From Anthoceros angustus (lineage: Eukaryota > Plantae > Anthocerotophyta): DNA of 64,000 nt. Positions within the stretch are counted from its first letter, which is position 1. Every line of letters starts with the position of its first letter. A program made the position numbers and the translations under genes. The stretch spans positions 372,001 to 436,000 of the forward strand of contig MU008192.1 in NCBI GenBank assembly GCA_010909165.1, read 5' to 3'. Shown piece after piece: positions 34,411 through 46,739 of the stretch. Under the pieces are notes generated by a model. That model saw nothing but the letters and a program-made list of their open reading frames with translations. It was not told the origin of the DNA and did not search any database.

Positions 34411-34656
34411 GTGCCACGTTTGTTGGGGAGGATTGATGTGCCACGTTTGTTGGGGAGGCACTCGTGCCACGTTTGTTGGGGAGGATTGATGTGCCACGCT
34501 TGTTGGGAGGATTGATGTGTGCCACGTTTGTTGGGGAGGCACTCGTGCCACGTTCGTTGGGGAGGATTGATGTGTGCCACGTTTGTTGGGGAGGCACTCG
34601 TGCCACGTTTGTTGGGGAGAATTGATGTGCCACGTTTGTTGGGGAGGATTGATGTA
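34411..34656. repeat. 9 x 26-29-bp tandem repeat with two alternating tail types; 8 units contain GCCACGT
   Basis: Unit gtgccacgtttgttggggag + (gattgat[gt] or gcactc); lies just 3' of ccctatataag (~34362). Confidence 0.9.
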
Positions 34657-34789
34657 CCGAGATATTGTGGGAGCTTAGAGTGTTTTTGCTTTGAAGAGGA
34701 GATCGACAAATGGGAACACAGTGTGTCTGTGTGATCTTGTGAGGCTAGAGGATTGCACAACTTCTCATTCAATACTAAGTACTAAACAC

Positions 34790-36320
34790 TAACCATAACT
34801 CTTCATTCAACACTAAGCATTGAGCACTAAATTCTAAAAACTCAACACACACTAACCACTAACCACTAACCACTAACCACTAACCACTAACCACTAACCA
34901 CTAACCACCAACCACCAGCCACTAACCACTAACCACCAGCCACCAACCACCAACCACTAACCACCAACCACTAACCACTAACCACTAACCACAACCACTA
35001 ACCACCAACCACTAACCACTAACCAACAACCACCAACCACCAACCACCAACCACCCACCACGACCACCACCACCACCACTCACCACCGACCACCCACCAC
35101 CCACCACCCACCACCCACCACCCACCCACCACCCACCACCACCAACAACTAAGCACCAAGCACTAAGCACCAACCACAACCACCAACCACCAACTACTAA
35201 CCACTAACCACCAACCACTAACCACTAACCACCAACCACAACCACTAACCACCAACCACACCAACCACGAACCACGAACCACTAACCACTAACCACCAAC
35301 CACCCACCACAACACTAACCACCAACCACCAACCACCAACCACCCACCACCAACCACCCACCACTAACCACTAACCACCAACCACCAACCACTAACCACT
35401 AACCACTAACCCCTAGCCACTAGCCGCTAGCCCCTAGCCGCTAGCCCTTAACCGCTAACTCCTAACCCCTAACAACTAAGCACTAAGCACTAAGCACTAA
35501 GCACTAAGCACTAAGCACTAACCACTAACCACTAACCACTAACCACTAACCACTAACAACTAACCACTAACCACTAACCACTAAACCCTAACCACTAACC
35601 ACCAACCGCATTTGCGCTTATGGGGGCGGCAGTGTGCAAGTTGGGCGGTAGCGGGTGGCCTCCAAGCACCAACCACCAACCACTAACCACCAACCACTAA
35701 CCACCAACCACCAACCACTAACCACCAACCAACCACTACTGACCAACGACCACCCACCATTGACCACCCACCATTGACCACCCACCACCCACCACTCACC
35801 ACCACTAACCACTAACCACTAACCACTAACACTCAACCACTAACCACCACTAACCAACCACTAACCACAACCACCAACCACTAACACTAACCACTAACCA
35901 CCTAACCACAACCACGAACCACTAACCACTAACCACTAACCACTAACCACTAACCAACTAACCACTAACCATCAACCACTAACCACCAACCACTTCAACC
36001 ACCTAACAACTAACCACTAACCACTAACCACCAACCACTAACCACTAACCACCAACCACCAACCACCAACCACCAACCACCCACCACTAACCACTAACCA
36101 CTAACCACTAACCACTACCCACTAGCCACTAGCCGCTAGCCCCTAGCCGCTAGCCCTTAACCGCTAACTCCTAACCCCTAACAACTAAGCACTAAGCACT
36201 AAGCACTAAGCACGAATGTGGTGACCACATGGGTACTCAGACCCCCCTCGGAAAGGAGTGTTTTTTTTGTTTTGTGGTTAAGTACTAAGCACTAAGCACT
36301 AAGCACTAAGCACTAATGTG
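34790..36320. repeat. Heptamer satellite (AACCACT/AACCACC/AAGCACT)n, telomere-like, ~1.5 kb
   Basis: Directly visible. A higher-order duplicate block tagccactagccgctagcccctagccgctagcccttaaccgctaactcctaacccctaacaact occurs at ~35414 and ~36123. Confidence 0.93.
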
Positions 36321-39300
36321 GTGACCATGCTGGGTACTAGAGACCCCCTAAAGGAGTGTTTTTTTGTTTTGTGGTTGTTGTGAGAATCGTGTGGAGTTGG
36401 GATGAAGTAGGTTAGAAATAAGAAAAGTCTACTAGAGCCTAGTAGGAGGAAGAGAGTCTAGTCACGATCCCGGATGTAACCTTGAGGGTTCGCCGCCGCC
36501 GTTGCTAACGCGGCCGCTAGGGCCGATGTTGGTCAGACTGGCTATATGACAAGAATCGACGGAGCTCGCTATGGTAGCAACTAAGTCGGAGTTATTTTCC
36601 GATAAATCGGAAAACCTAATTGAGCGAAATCATTGGAAATACCCGAACGGAAGTAACGGGGTCCTATTAACGATTTCCAACAAGGGAAGGACAAGGAATA
36701 TTTGCAGCGGATCAAGGCGGCGCCACACCTCAAGCTCGAGCGTGACCGTGACGGAGGCGGAGGAAACGCATGGTCGCAATGAGTCAGATGGCGGCCGCGA
36801 GACGCATCAAGAGGGCCGAATCGGGTGGAATGGCAGTCCGGGGCGGATGCGGCAATCGAAACCGAGCAGGAGGCCGTGTTGAGACGGGCGACAGATTCCA
36901 AGGCTACGGCGAGGAGGAGCCAGAGGCCAGGTGACACAGTAAGAGCTCAAAGTGAGAGCCCGAGGGCTGTCCATGAAGCAATCAGAGCAAATGGGGACAC
37001 GATCAGAAACTGGCCAACAGAGGAAAAGATGGAGAAAAGAAGTTCCAAAGAAAAGGGAGAGGAAGCTGAGTTTGACCTGACGTGCGCCCGAAGTCATGGA
37101 GATGATAGAGGAGGAATTGACCAAGACAAATAAACCGCCGAGCTCGTGATCCCGAGATCGCAGAAGTCCTCTGGAGTTTGCAAGCCGTTGCTAAGGGAGC
37201 AACCGCCGTTGCTAAACAAACAACTAACGGCTGTTGCTAAGGGAGCAACCGCGTATTTGTCAAGGGAAGAAGGAGGGACCGATCGAGGACCATTTAACCT
37301 TGAAGCCATCATGGATCAGCAGCTATTACGCTTGGTCAACTATTGAAGGACAACCCAAGTACAACAAGTTCGGAGGGCCTTGCAAGAGGCGCAACCCAAG
37401 AGGAAGAGGCGATTGCCCAAGCCGGGACCAAGGGTGTCTCCTCTGATCAACCTAGTGTCCATGATAGACCAAGGGCCGGAGTCGCAAGTGAGATCATTGC
37501 GTCATCAAGCGGGTTCCCCGGATACCGGATCCGGGTGAACATCATGACGGAAGCAATAGCAAGGAAGCTTGGGTTGACATTGAGCATACCACAAAGGTCG
37601 AGATTGGTCGACATGTCAAAAATGCACTGTGGAGGCGAAGGAGTAACCACCATCATAGGGACCATTCCCTATCTCATGGACTATGTGGTTATCCAAGACA
37701 AGGCGCTGTAATACATCCTATTGGGAAGGACTTGTATGGCTCAAGATGCAAGATGACTTGGGGAGGAAGGAAGTGGCTTTTAAGCCAATGGATTGGGACC
37801 CCAAGACGGCGAAGGAGGCCGAATTTGTTTGAGTTGGAGCAGGATACCACCGTGGGGAGACTCCTACAAAGAACGGAAGGATACACATCACTGGAGAAAC
37901 ATCCGACTGGAGGAAGAAGGGGAACTGGACAAATTTCCTTTGCACATATCGCATGGTCGATGAGGAGGAAGAGTATAGGAGGGATATCCCTTACTCCCTC
38001 AATTTGGTGGATCTTTGGGTTCATGGAGGACCGCACCCGGTGAGAGGGACCGAGCTACAGGCGTTGCTAAGGAAGCATCACCTTGACGGTTGCTAAGGAA
38101 GCAGCAATTGACAAAGTTGCTAAGGAAGGGGGGCCGCAGGCGAGGGTGAGCCAGGATCATTCGATTCACCTCGAGGACCTATTTAGGAGTGGGGATGAGG
38201 GAAGAGGACCTCGTGACCGGAGGAAGGGTTTGGTGAGAGTTCACCCGTGGAGCGAGAATGGGTACAAGCGACGAGATTAAGGATGTGGAGGTATTGCCCG
38301 AAGGTGCTGAAGTTTGCACGACGGTGGAACCGCGTTGGAAGAAGGAATGAAACAGCTCCTTCGAGTTCATCGACGTGTTTGCCGAGGTGATGATATGAAG
38401 GGATTCCCAAGAAGTGGGGAGCATAGGATCGATTTGGAGCCGTGAGCGACTCCTTCCCCCTAAAAACCCAGTACTCACAAGGTGAAGGAGCAATTTGAAT
38501 TGTACTTGAAGGCGGGGCGTCATCTATCCAATCGTCAACACGGAGTGGGTGGCTCCGATCGTTGTGGTTCAAGAAGCACCGGAAAGATTCGAGTATGCCA
38601 AGACCGGAGGAAGCTCAACAAAGCAACCAAGAAGGACCATTTCCCCCTGCCATTCATTGACAACACCCTGGATTTGGTGGTCGGAAGATGTGTACTCGTT
38701 CTTGGGCGGTACTGGGTACAATCACCGCACTTGAGGGAGAGTGACGGCCTCTAACCTTCACAACGGATTGGGACCTTCGCACAAGAGAAGTGCGTCGATT
38801 GACGGAGCGCCTTCCTTCATGCGAGCATGGTTGAGATCTTCAAGGAGTATCTCCACAAGTTCATGGAGGTATTCCTAGATGATTTTGTGTGTTTGGGAGT
38901 GTGGAGGAGCACCGGATCACTTGCGGCGGTGCTTGGCGAGGTGTCGTGAAACTCAACTTTGCCTACATCCCGAGAAATGCTACTTTGGCATGCGGAGGGA
39001 TTTTTGTTGGGGCACAATTTTGCACGGGCATCGTTGATCCGCATAAGGTGAAGATGATTGTTGCCCGAAGCTAACAACTCTCAAGGAACTCCGGGGTTCC
39101 TTGGCATGGTGGGCTACCGACGCTTTGTGCCTAACTTTGCTAGGAGGGCTGCTCACCAGCTTGTTGAGGAAGGACCAAGAGTGGGAAGGTGAGAGGGAGG
39201 CAGATTTCAAGATTTGAGGACCACGTTGGTACCCAACCCTCAAGGGACCGGATTGGAGCAAGAAGTTTCATGTTTACGTGGATGTTTCCGCCTTCGCCAT

Positions 39301-42300
39301 TGGTACAGTCTTGAGCCAGCGGGATAACAAGAAGAGAGACTACCCGATCTACTACGCTGGACGGCAACTCACCGATGCGGAGCGCAAGTACACAACAACT
39401 GAAAGGGAAGCCCTTGGCATGGTGTATTCAGTAAGAAAGTTTCGTCATTATCTCCTCTCCTATGAGTTTGTGTTTCATGTTGACCATTTTGCTCTCAAGC
39501 ATCTTGTCAACAAGGCGGACCTATCCGGTCGCATAGCTCGTTGGATCTTACTGTTGCAAGAGTTCACCTTCACGGTGGAGACACGTGAGGGGAGGAAGCA
39601 TGTGAACGCTGACTACTTGTCTCGCTTGAAGACGGGGAAGGTGGAGCATGATCAAGAAGACCATTTTCCGGATGAAGCTTTCTTGTTGGAGGAGGGTAAG
39701 GAGAGTGCTAGGCCCAATGCCAAGTTGACTGCAAACGGAGGTACAGCCAAATGAGAAGGGAGGGAGAAGTTTGCGCCACCTATGAGGAGGTCTTTCGCTT
39801 TTAGCAACGGGTCGATACAACAGACTCCACAACAAAGCAGAGGTTGTTCTATACTTCTCGGACTGTTGTTAAGCGGGGACAAGATGGTAGGGCCGGATGG
39901 AGTTGAGAGGTTGTGGGTCAAGGATGGTCAAAAGGACCGGGTTCTCGGCCTTGCATGAGGAGGAGGGGAGGTCACTACGCTACCAACGTGACTGTAAGAA
40001 GATCTTGGAGGCGGTGGTATTGGTGGCCAACCTTGCAGATGCTAGGGAGTTCATCAAGCGTTGTGATGCATGTCAAAGGGTTGGGAAAGCCGGACCACAC
40101 AGGGCCATTGGTCCCTATCCTAGCCTTGGCGCCTTTGAGAAGTGGGGATTGACGTGGGGCGATTCAACCCCAAGACCAAGGGGAACCAATATATTAGCAG
40201 CAGGACTCCCGCATGGTGGAAGCTCAAGCCTTGCCGTGGACACGGAAATGTGGTGGCGGGTTCTTGTTTGAGCATATCATCAGGTACGGTGCCCGTTGGA
40301 GTTGGTTAGCAGTACCCATTTCATCAACGAGGTGATCTCACACATGGTGAAGTATTTCAACATCAGCCACGGAAGACCACCCCTACAACCCCAAGGCGAA
40401 TGGACTCACGGAGAAAGCTAATGGGTTGCTTTCGGGATCCTCAACAAGTTAACCACCATCACACTTACGATTGGGACCGAAGCTTCACTCGTTGTGGGCG
40501 TAGGACAGTGGAGAAGGTGACCACACTGTGACTCCCTACTACCTCACCTATGGGCATTCACCACCATGCCCATTGAGTTTGAAGTGCCAACGTTGAGAGT
40601 CCAAGAGCATAAGAGGATGACGGTGGAGGAGAGCCCGGTTGGAGGCTCATAGGCTTTGTTCAGCACATGGAGAGTAGGAACAAGCCTTGGCAGCTGAACG
40701 TCAAGAAGAGGAAGGAATGGCATGACCAAGCGCAAAAACAAGAGTACGTTGTTCGGGACTTGGCGTTCTTTGTGTGACAGTACATGCACTTCCACAGGGT
40801 GCATCTTAGATGGATGGGTCCCTACAGTGGTGCAAGTGTTCGACAATGGATCCATACACGCAGCAACTTGATGGACCCTACAACTGTGGTCAATGGTTGG
40901 CGTAGTACCAATAAGTTGGCGGGGGCGCCAACAAATGAGAAGGGAGTATGTGGTGACCACATGGGTACTCGGACCCCCTCGGAAGGAGTGTTTTTTGTTT
41001 TGTGTTTAAGTTGTGAGAATCGTGTGGAGTTGGGATGTGAAGTAGGTTAGGAAATAAGAAAAGTCTACTAGAGCCTAGTAGGAGGAAGAGAGTCTAGTCC
41101 ACGATCCCGGAACCTTGGAGGGTTGCGCTCGGCCGGTTGCTAAGCGGATCGCTAGGGCCGTCTACGGGACTGTTGCTATGGCAAGCTCGAACTGTTGCTA
41201 TGGTAGCAACTAAGTCGGAGTTATTTTCCGATAAATCGGAAAACCTAATTGAGCGAAATCATTGGAAATACGAGCGAAGGAAGTAGCGGGTCCTATGCGA
41301 TTTCAGTGGCGGAAGGACAAGGAATATTTGGCGGCAAGGCGGCGCCACACCTCAAGCTCGGGCGTGGCCGTGGGCGGGCGGGAGAAGCATGTGGCGGTCA
41401 CAGGGCCTGTGACGAGCGCCTCAAGAGGGCAGAATCGGGTGGAATGGCGGTCCGGGCGGATCTGGGTGAAGCCGGCGGCAGTCTTGAGGCGGCATTCCAA
41501 GGCTACGAGGAGGAGGAGCCGAGGCGGCGAACGAAGACCGTGGAGGAGCTCGAGGCGTGTGAAGCAATCGAGCAAGCATGGGCCGCAGAATCATCAACAG
41601 GAGTGGGGAATAATCGGGCCGAGCGGCTCTGGAGGCGGGCGGCTCGGGCTGCGTGGCATCTGAAGGCAGAAGAGTAGGGCGGGGGGCGTAGTAGGGCAGG
41701 AATTGCCGAAAGGAGGCGTGCACGGTAGGTGCGGTGGTGGCACCCTAAAGGAGGCGGATTAAGGCGGGCCGAGCACGAGTCACTTGTCTAACCACGGTTG
41801 CGGGATTTTTCTCCCACCTCACATATTTGAGGAAGGCGATGGTAAGCAGGGAGGCGGCATGTTGTGACGAGGTGGAGTAGGGTTCCAATTCCGGTGGTGT
41901 CAACGCTTTCGAGGCGTGTGGGTGTGCGCTTTGTCGTGGAGACACGAGATCGGGCGAGGCAAGGCGACAATTTGTGATGTAGGAGGGAGGTTGGTGGATT
42001 CGGTCAGGAAAAATCGGTCGGGGCACTCACCGCCGTGGAGATGGAGTCGAGGCGGGTTACCCCTAGGGGATCCTTGATCAGCGGCCGAGGTTGAAGGAAT
42101 TTCGGGTGGTCGACCGAAAGGCGACACCCCAGAAGGCTTGTGGGAAATCGCAATGGCGGTGTAGCCGGACACTTTTAAACTCTAGGCTCGTCACGGGACA
42201 AGGAGCATGGGACCTAAGAAGAACGGTGGCCATTGAGGCCATTACCAGCATCCTGGCCCAACATGGGGCCGGAGTGTGAGTTCCTTGGTGGCTAAGCATC

Positions 42301-44240
42301 ACTTGTCCTTCATGGACAAAAAGTGGTGCTACAATAGCCCGATTGGTTGAGTGTCACATGAGGAGAGAAGGCCACGAGAAGGCAACACGAGAACCAACCC
42401 CTGGAATATTCGGTTGTTCCAGTCATCTATGAGAGGCTGAAGAGGAATGTGGTGGAATAATCATTGATCCTTTCGAGCCCTCCCCAAAAATTGCGGGAGG
42501 CTGGCCATTGCTCCCACATTGTCTAGGGTGGAGAATGGTGGGTCACCAATAAGTTAGACCACGAGTTGGCGGATTAGCCAAGTGGATCCTGTGCTCTCGG
42601 CTCACTAAGAAGCTAGAGCACATTCTTGACCATTTTCTTGTCTTTCTCTATGAGGTGGTGAGAGGGTCCAAGATAGATTGGGCTAGGATGTTCTATGACC
42701 TGCATGCGAGAGGGACCACTTGACCCTACCATCACCCATCCCTCTATCTCCTTCTTAATCCACATTTTGACCATGCCAAGTTCTTTGGAGGGATAGAGAT
42801 GGTCTCGACCTTCCATGCAGGAGGTGTTTGAAAGAAGGAAGCCCAAAGAGGAGTCGGAGGAAGAGGCCATCTCCGGTGCTTGGGAGTGAAGATGAGAAGT
42901 CAGTGTCCATGAAGAGGAATGTGGCGATTGCTAAGGCATCGGCCCGGTTGCTAACAAAACAGCTGGAGTTGCTAAGACTCAAGGCACCAAGAGGTCGGGT
43001 GAGCAGCAGGGGACTCCAACCACTCCTAGAGCCACAAGAACGCATGAACTCACAGGCGAGCAGGATAAAGGAAGGCCAGGCGGCACGATTCGCGAGGCAG
43101 TGGTGAAGCCTGTCAGCAGGAGGAATCGGTAACCTTGGGCACAGCCGTGACCAGAAAGTCACTGTTCAAGGGGTGACCTCAAGTATACCGGAAGTGGTCG
43201 CGGGGAGAGTCGATTCTTGAGATAGGAAGGAGGGAACCCATCGGTAGGGTTTGGGGCCTAACATCACCCTAAGCTGGTCTCGGCTATGCGCACTAGGGGT
43301 GAGATGGAGGACAGGCTGGTCCTCTCTTTGAGGTTCTGGTGAGGGGAACAACAGGAGGCGGTAAGGAGCTCCGAGATGAAGCGGGAGAAGGAGGTCTTGG
43401 AGGGCGCCTAGGTAGCATGGAGGCGGAATTAAGGAAGGTCAGGAAGAGTTGCGGCGGAAGACCAAGGATCGGGGAAACCTCATGGTTCGGCTCTCGGACG
43501 CCAAAGCACCATGGGAGGCTGCAGAATGTCATCTCGGATCATGAGTTGGGAGCCGCGGATGCCCTGTGGGCGCTCTAGAAGGAGAGGAGGACGAGGCAAG
43601 GGTTGGAAGAGGCCAGAGGGCCGGATTGCAAGGAGAGCCAAGTGGAAGATCACGGAGCCTCCATGGAAGAATCATTCTTGAGTTAGCAGCAGAGGAGGTT
43701 GCTAAGCAAACAGCCAAAAGCCTAAGGAAGCAACAACTCGGACCATTCTGCTAAGGGACAACAGGCTCAGACAGCTACAACAAGGAAGAAGGGCCGGAGG
43801 AGGACAAAGCAGGCCGAGGGGGGAGGCGGGGGACATGGGTACTTGATCCATGCCTTGGCCAGACATTTGGATCCTCAAGTTGGATTATAAGGAGAAACTC
43901 GTGACCCATCCGAGTTCAAGAGCTCACCAGGAAGTGCGAGGACTATGGGGAGCCTGAGGTCCGCTCCAGGGAGGTAGAGATTTTATGGAGAGATTGTGAC
44001 CCAAGAGGAGGAGGAAGCGAGGAGGAACATGGGCTAGGCGGCCTAGGAGGCCGGGAGAGTAATGGGGTAAGTGGCCTGAAATAGCTAAAGGCCCATGTGT
44101 TATGGGTACCAAATCTTATCCTCTCTCATAGTGGGCGGAATTAATAGATAGGCCTCTAGGATTGGTAGGCTAAAATGATTGGTATTTTGTGGCGGCCAAT
44201 TGCTTTGTGATCTTGGGTATAAAGAAGCATTGCCAATGAG
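36317..44240 (+). mobile_element. Degenerate Ty3/Gypsy retrotransposon (non-chromovirus-like) with long 3' region; boundaries approximate
   Basis: Protease DTGSGVNIM (~37522), RT KDHFPLPFID and FMEVFLDDF, RNaseH DVSAFAIGTVLSQ..PIYYAGRQL..EREAL (39278-39600), integrase CDAC and PYNPKANG. Segment 36317-36930 repeats 40949-41525. Confidence 0.88.
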
Positions 44241-44699
44241 CGCGACTTTGTTGATAGCGGTAAGGCGCGCCACAATCCGTGTCGTTGTAGGAAGAAGTCC
44301 GTTCCCAAAGGAATGATAGGCTCCGTTTAGCGTTTGGTGATTCCTTACCTCACTTGCGCTCGTTCGACCTCACACACATACTCTACTAGCGTTCCGTCTG
44401 GGCCGGTATGGCCAAGCGTTTAGGGACCCGTTCGCGTCCGTATCGTTCATCCGTCACTCACATCATCCTTTCCTCTCTCCCCTCACGCTACACTCCTCGG
44501 TCTTAGAAAAGCCGCGGGTTACGGTCGGACCTCCTCCGTCNCGTGGTCTTACACCGTGCGCGGTGCCGATCCCGATGCGCCTGCCCTTAGACGTTCTACG
44601 GCACACACACAGCCCTGCTCCAAAGATGCTGGAGTGAGCCACGCTACTACCTGCTGATTTCTGTGACATCCTCCTACTGCTTTTGCGCCATCATGACAT

Positions 44700-45080
44700 C
44701 CTTCCCCGTCAAGAACCTAGCTCCTATAAACAAGCTCGCTGGCCCCTGATGCCAAGTGGCAACTCATGGAGGCCTTCTTTGCTCAAAAACAAGACTGAAA
44801 CTTGTCGATTTCCCGGTCGCAAGGCCATCTCCTCGCAAGTGGGTTTTAAATTAAAACTCATGCACACGGAGCTATTGCACGATATAAAGCCAGGCTCGAG
44901 GCTAGAGGCTTTACTCGTAGAGGGCCGGACTCATCAGAGACTTTCTCCCAGCTTGTTCGAGCCCACCCATTCGCATCTTACTTGCTCTTGCGAAGAGTTA
45001 GATCTCGGACTTATAGCAATGATGGATGTGTGTAACGCCTTCTTGTATGGTGACCTAGATGAAGACCTGTACATGATGGT
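44700..45080 (+). mobile_element. Ty1/Copia RT fragment
   Basis: EPSSYKQA...PGRKAI...MDVCNAFLYGDLDEDLYM. Confidence 0.8.
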
Positions 45081-45414
45081 TATATTAGAGATGTGGTGGA
45101 GCGTGGGTCATAAGGTTGGCTACATATGGCTACATTTGCCAACGTTGTGATGTGTTAACAAAGGCCGGTGAAGCATAAATACTACAACACATGTCGTGTT
45201 TAGGGCGGATGACTACTCAAGATACTTGGTCAGCTAGTGGCTTATCTCGGGAGGTGGGGCGTGAACCCGGTTCCCTAGGTGTTGTTGAGTTGTGTCTATG
45301 GTTCCTTCGAGACAAGGGATAAGCATAAGCCCGCACAATAATAATGCGTTAGGTCACCAGGTAAGGGTGTTAGTACTAGGAGATGGGGAGTAAACATCAC
45401 ACGCAAGAAGGCCA

Positions 45415-46699
45415 CAGACGTCTCAAACTTAGATGTTGTAATTGCTTTGCAATTGGGATGTTGTAGATGGTTTTGTAAAGCAGTCGTTGTAAAGCGCGTT
45501 GTACCCACAGACGTCTCAAACTTAGATGTTGTAATTGCTTTGCAATTGGGATGTTGTAGATGGTTTTGTAAAACAGTCGTTGTAAAGCGCGGTACCCACC
45601 AGACGTCTCAAACTTAGATGTTGTAATTGCTTTGCAATTGGGATGTTGTAGATGGTTTTGTAAAACAGTCGTTGTAAAGCGCGTTGTACCCACGACGTCT
45701 CAAACTTAGATGTTGTAATTGCTTTGCAATTGGGATGTTGTAGATGGTTTTGTAAAGCAGTCGTTGTAAAGCGCGTTGTACCCACACCAGACGTCTCAAA
45801 CTTAGATGTTGTAATTGCTTTGCAATTGGGATGTTGTAGATGGTTTTGTAAAACAGTCGTTGTAAAGCGCGTTGTACCCACGACGTCTCAAACTTAGATG
45901 TTGTAATTGCTTTGCAATTGGGATGTTGTAGATGGTTTTGTAAAACAGTCGTTGTAAAGCGTTGTACCCACACGTCTCAAACTTAGATGTTGTAATTGCT
46001 TTGCAATTGGGATGTTGTAGATGGTTTTGTAAAACAGTCGTTGTAAAGCGCGTTGTACCCACGAGGCGTCTCAAACTTAGATGTTGTAATTCCTTTTGCA
46101 ATTGGGATGTTGTAGATGGTTTTGTAAAACAGTCGTTGTAAAGCGTTGTACCCACACCGAGACGCTCAAACTTAGATGTTGTAATTCCTTTTGCAATTGG
46201 GATGTTGTAGATGGTTTTGTAGTCGTTGTAAAGCGCGTTGTACCCACCGAGACGTCTCAAACTTAGATGTTGTAATTCCTTTTGCAATTGGGATGTTGTA
46301 AATGGTTTTGTAAAACAGTCGTTGTAAAGCGTTGTACCCACACCCGTCTCAAACTTAGATGTTGTAATTCCTTTTGCAATTGGGATGTTGTAAATGGTTT
46401 TGTAAATGGCACCACGTCATCACATGGTGATGTGGCAATGAGGGCCATGTCATCAAATTATGCCATGTCATCACCGATGATGTGGCAATGAAGCCATGTG
46501 GCAACAACATGCCATGTCATCACTTGGTGATGTGGCGATGATGTGGCGCCACATCACCACTTTAATGACATGCCCTTTGGGCGGCCATGTCGTGCAATTT
46601 TAGCGTCATGAAGCTCTCGGTTTACAGCGGCGTTGCGCGTTTTAGCGCGTTGTAACACCCGTTGTAAAACCGTTGTAAAACCCTCATTTTCTTGTAGTG
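45415..46699 (-). mobile_element. CACTA (En/Spm) transposon end with 11 x ~92-bp internal tandem repeat and subterminal repeats
   Basis: Reverse complement of 46687-46699 is CACTACAAGAAAA; repeated (cg)ttgtaaa subterminal motifs. Unit acgtctcaaacttagatgttgtaatt..gcaattgggatgttgtagatggttttgtaaaacagtcgttgtaaagcg spans 45418-46407. The other terminus was not found. Confidence 0.85.
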
Positions 46700-46739
46700 A
46701 ATCCATCTCCTCCTCGACCACGTGATTTTGGGAAAGGTA

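Noticed and set aside
36317-41525. Treating 36317-36930 and 40949-41525 as the paired LTRs of the Gypsy element
   Set aside because: No CA end or PBS follows the first copy and no TSD was found. The homology fades into coding-like sequence, so a rearranged internal duplicate is more likely.
45415-46407. CRISPR-like look of the ~92-bp array (also the 62-bp and 87-bp arrays)
   Set aside because: There are no unique spacers, only short variable linkers, and no cas genes. The context is eukaryotic and the array adjoins a CACTA terminus.
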